A DNA stretch of 64,000 nt from Monocercomonoides exilis PA203 (Eukaryota > Protista > Preaxostyla): positions 124,001 to 188,000 of the forward strand of contig LSRY02000004.1 in the NCBI GenBank assembly GCA_001643675.2; not shown here. The letters are read 5' to 3'. More model-generated notes on the stretch are below. The model made no database searches. It was not told the DNA's origin and worked only from the letters and a program-made list of their open reading frames with translations. Numbering within the stretch: the first letter of the stretch is position 1.

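Noticed and set aside
20556-63682. Dozens of 60-240-aa ORFs on the minus strand and in + frames 2 and 3
   Set aside because: They are shadows of the giant frame +1 ORF. Recurrent PPPFP/APP strings are the antisense of GKGGG/GGA codons.
19903-64000. Bacterial contaminant or chlamydial Pmp autotransporter gene
   Set aside because: It is contiguous with spliceosomal-intron genes and eukaryotic MITEs, is rich in Cys and N-glycosylation sequons, and shows no autotransporter barrel in the window. A remote bacterial origin of the fold is not excluded.

Overview
Eukaryotic, AT-rich, intron-containing protist DNA read with the standard genetic code. The short GT-AG introns, Ser-rich low-complexity proteins and Pmp-like beta-helix proteins suggest an oxymonad such as Monocercomonoides (inference). 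Positions 1-15.1 kb hold five ordinary genes: TPX2-like (5'-partial, six phase-0 introns), a short NOSIP-like gene, a divergent SKP1, a DUF4139/DUF4140-like gene and a PAT1-like gene. Positions 15.2-19.9 kb are a divergent intergenic region holding a 1.08-kb palindrome, two ~400-bp TA-flanked MITE-like elements and a probable pogo-type transposase relic. The main feature is absent from the ORF track: one intronless reading frame starting at ATG 19903 and still open at 64000 (>=14,699 codons). It encodes a signal peptide and at least 31 tandem ~450-aa Cys-capped modules that look like right-handed beta-helices. The array shows several layers of duplication, including an exact in-frame 5,520-bp four-module tandem repeat bounded by a 15-bp microhomology and visibly higher in GC than its flanks.
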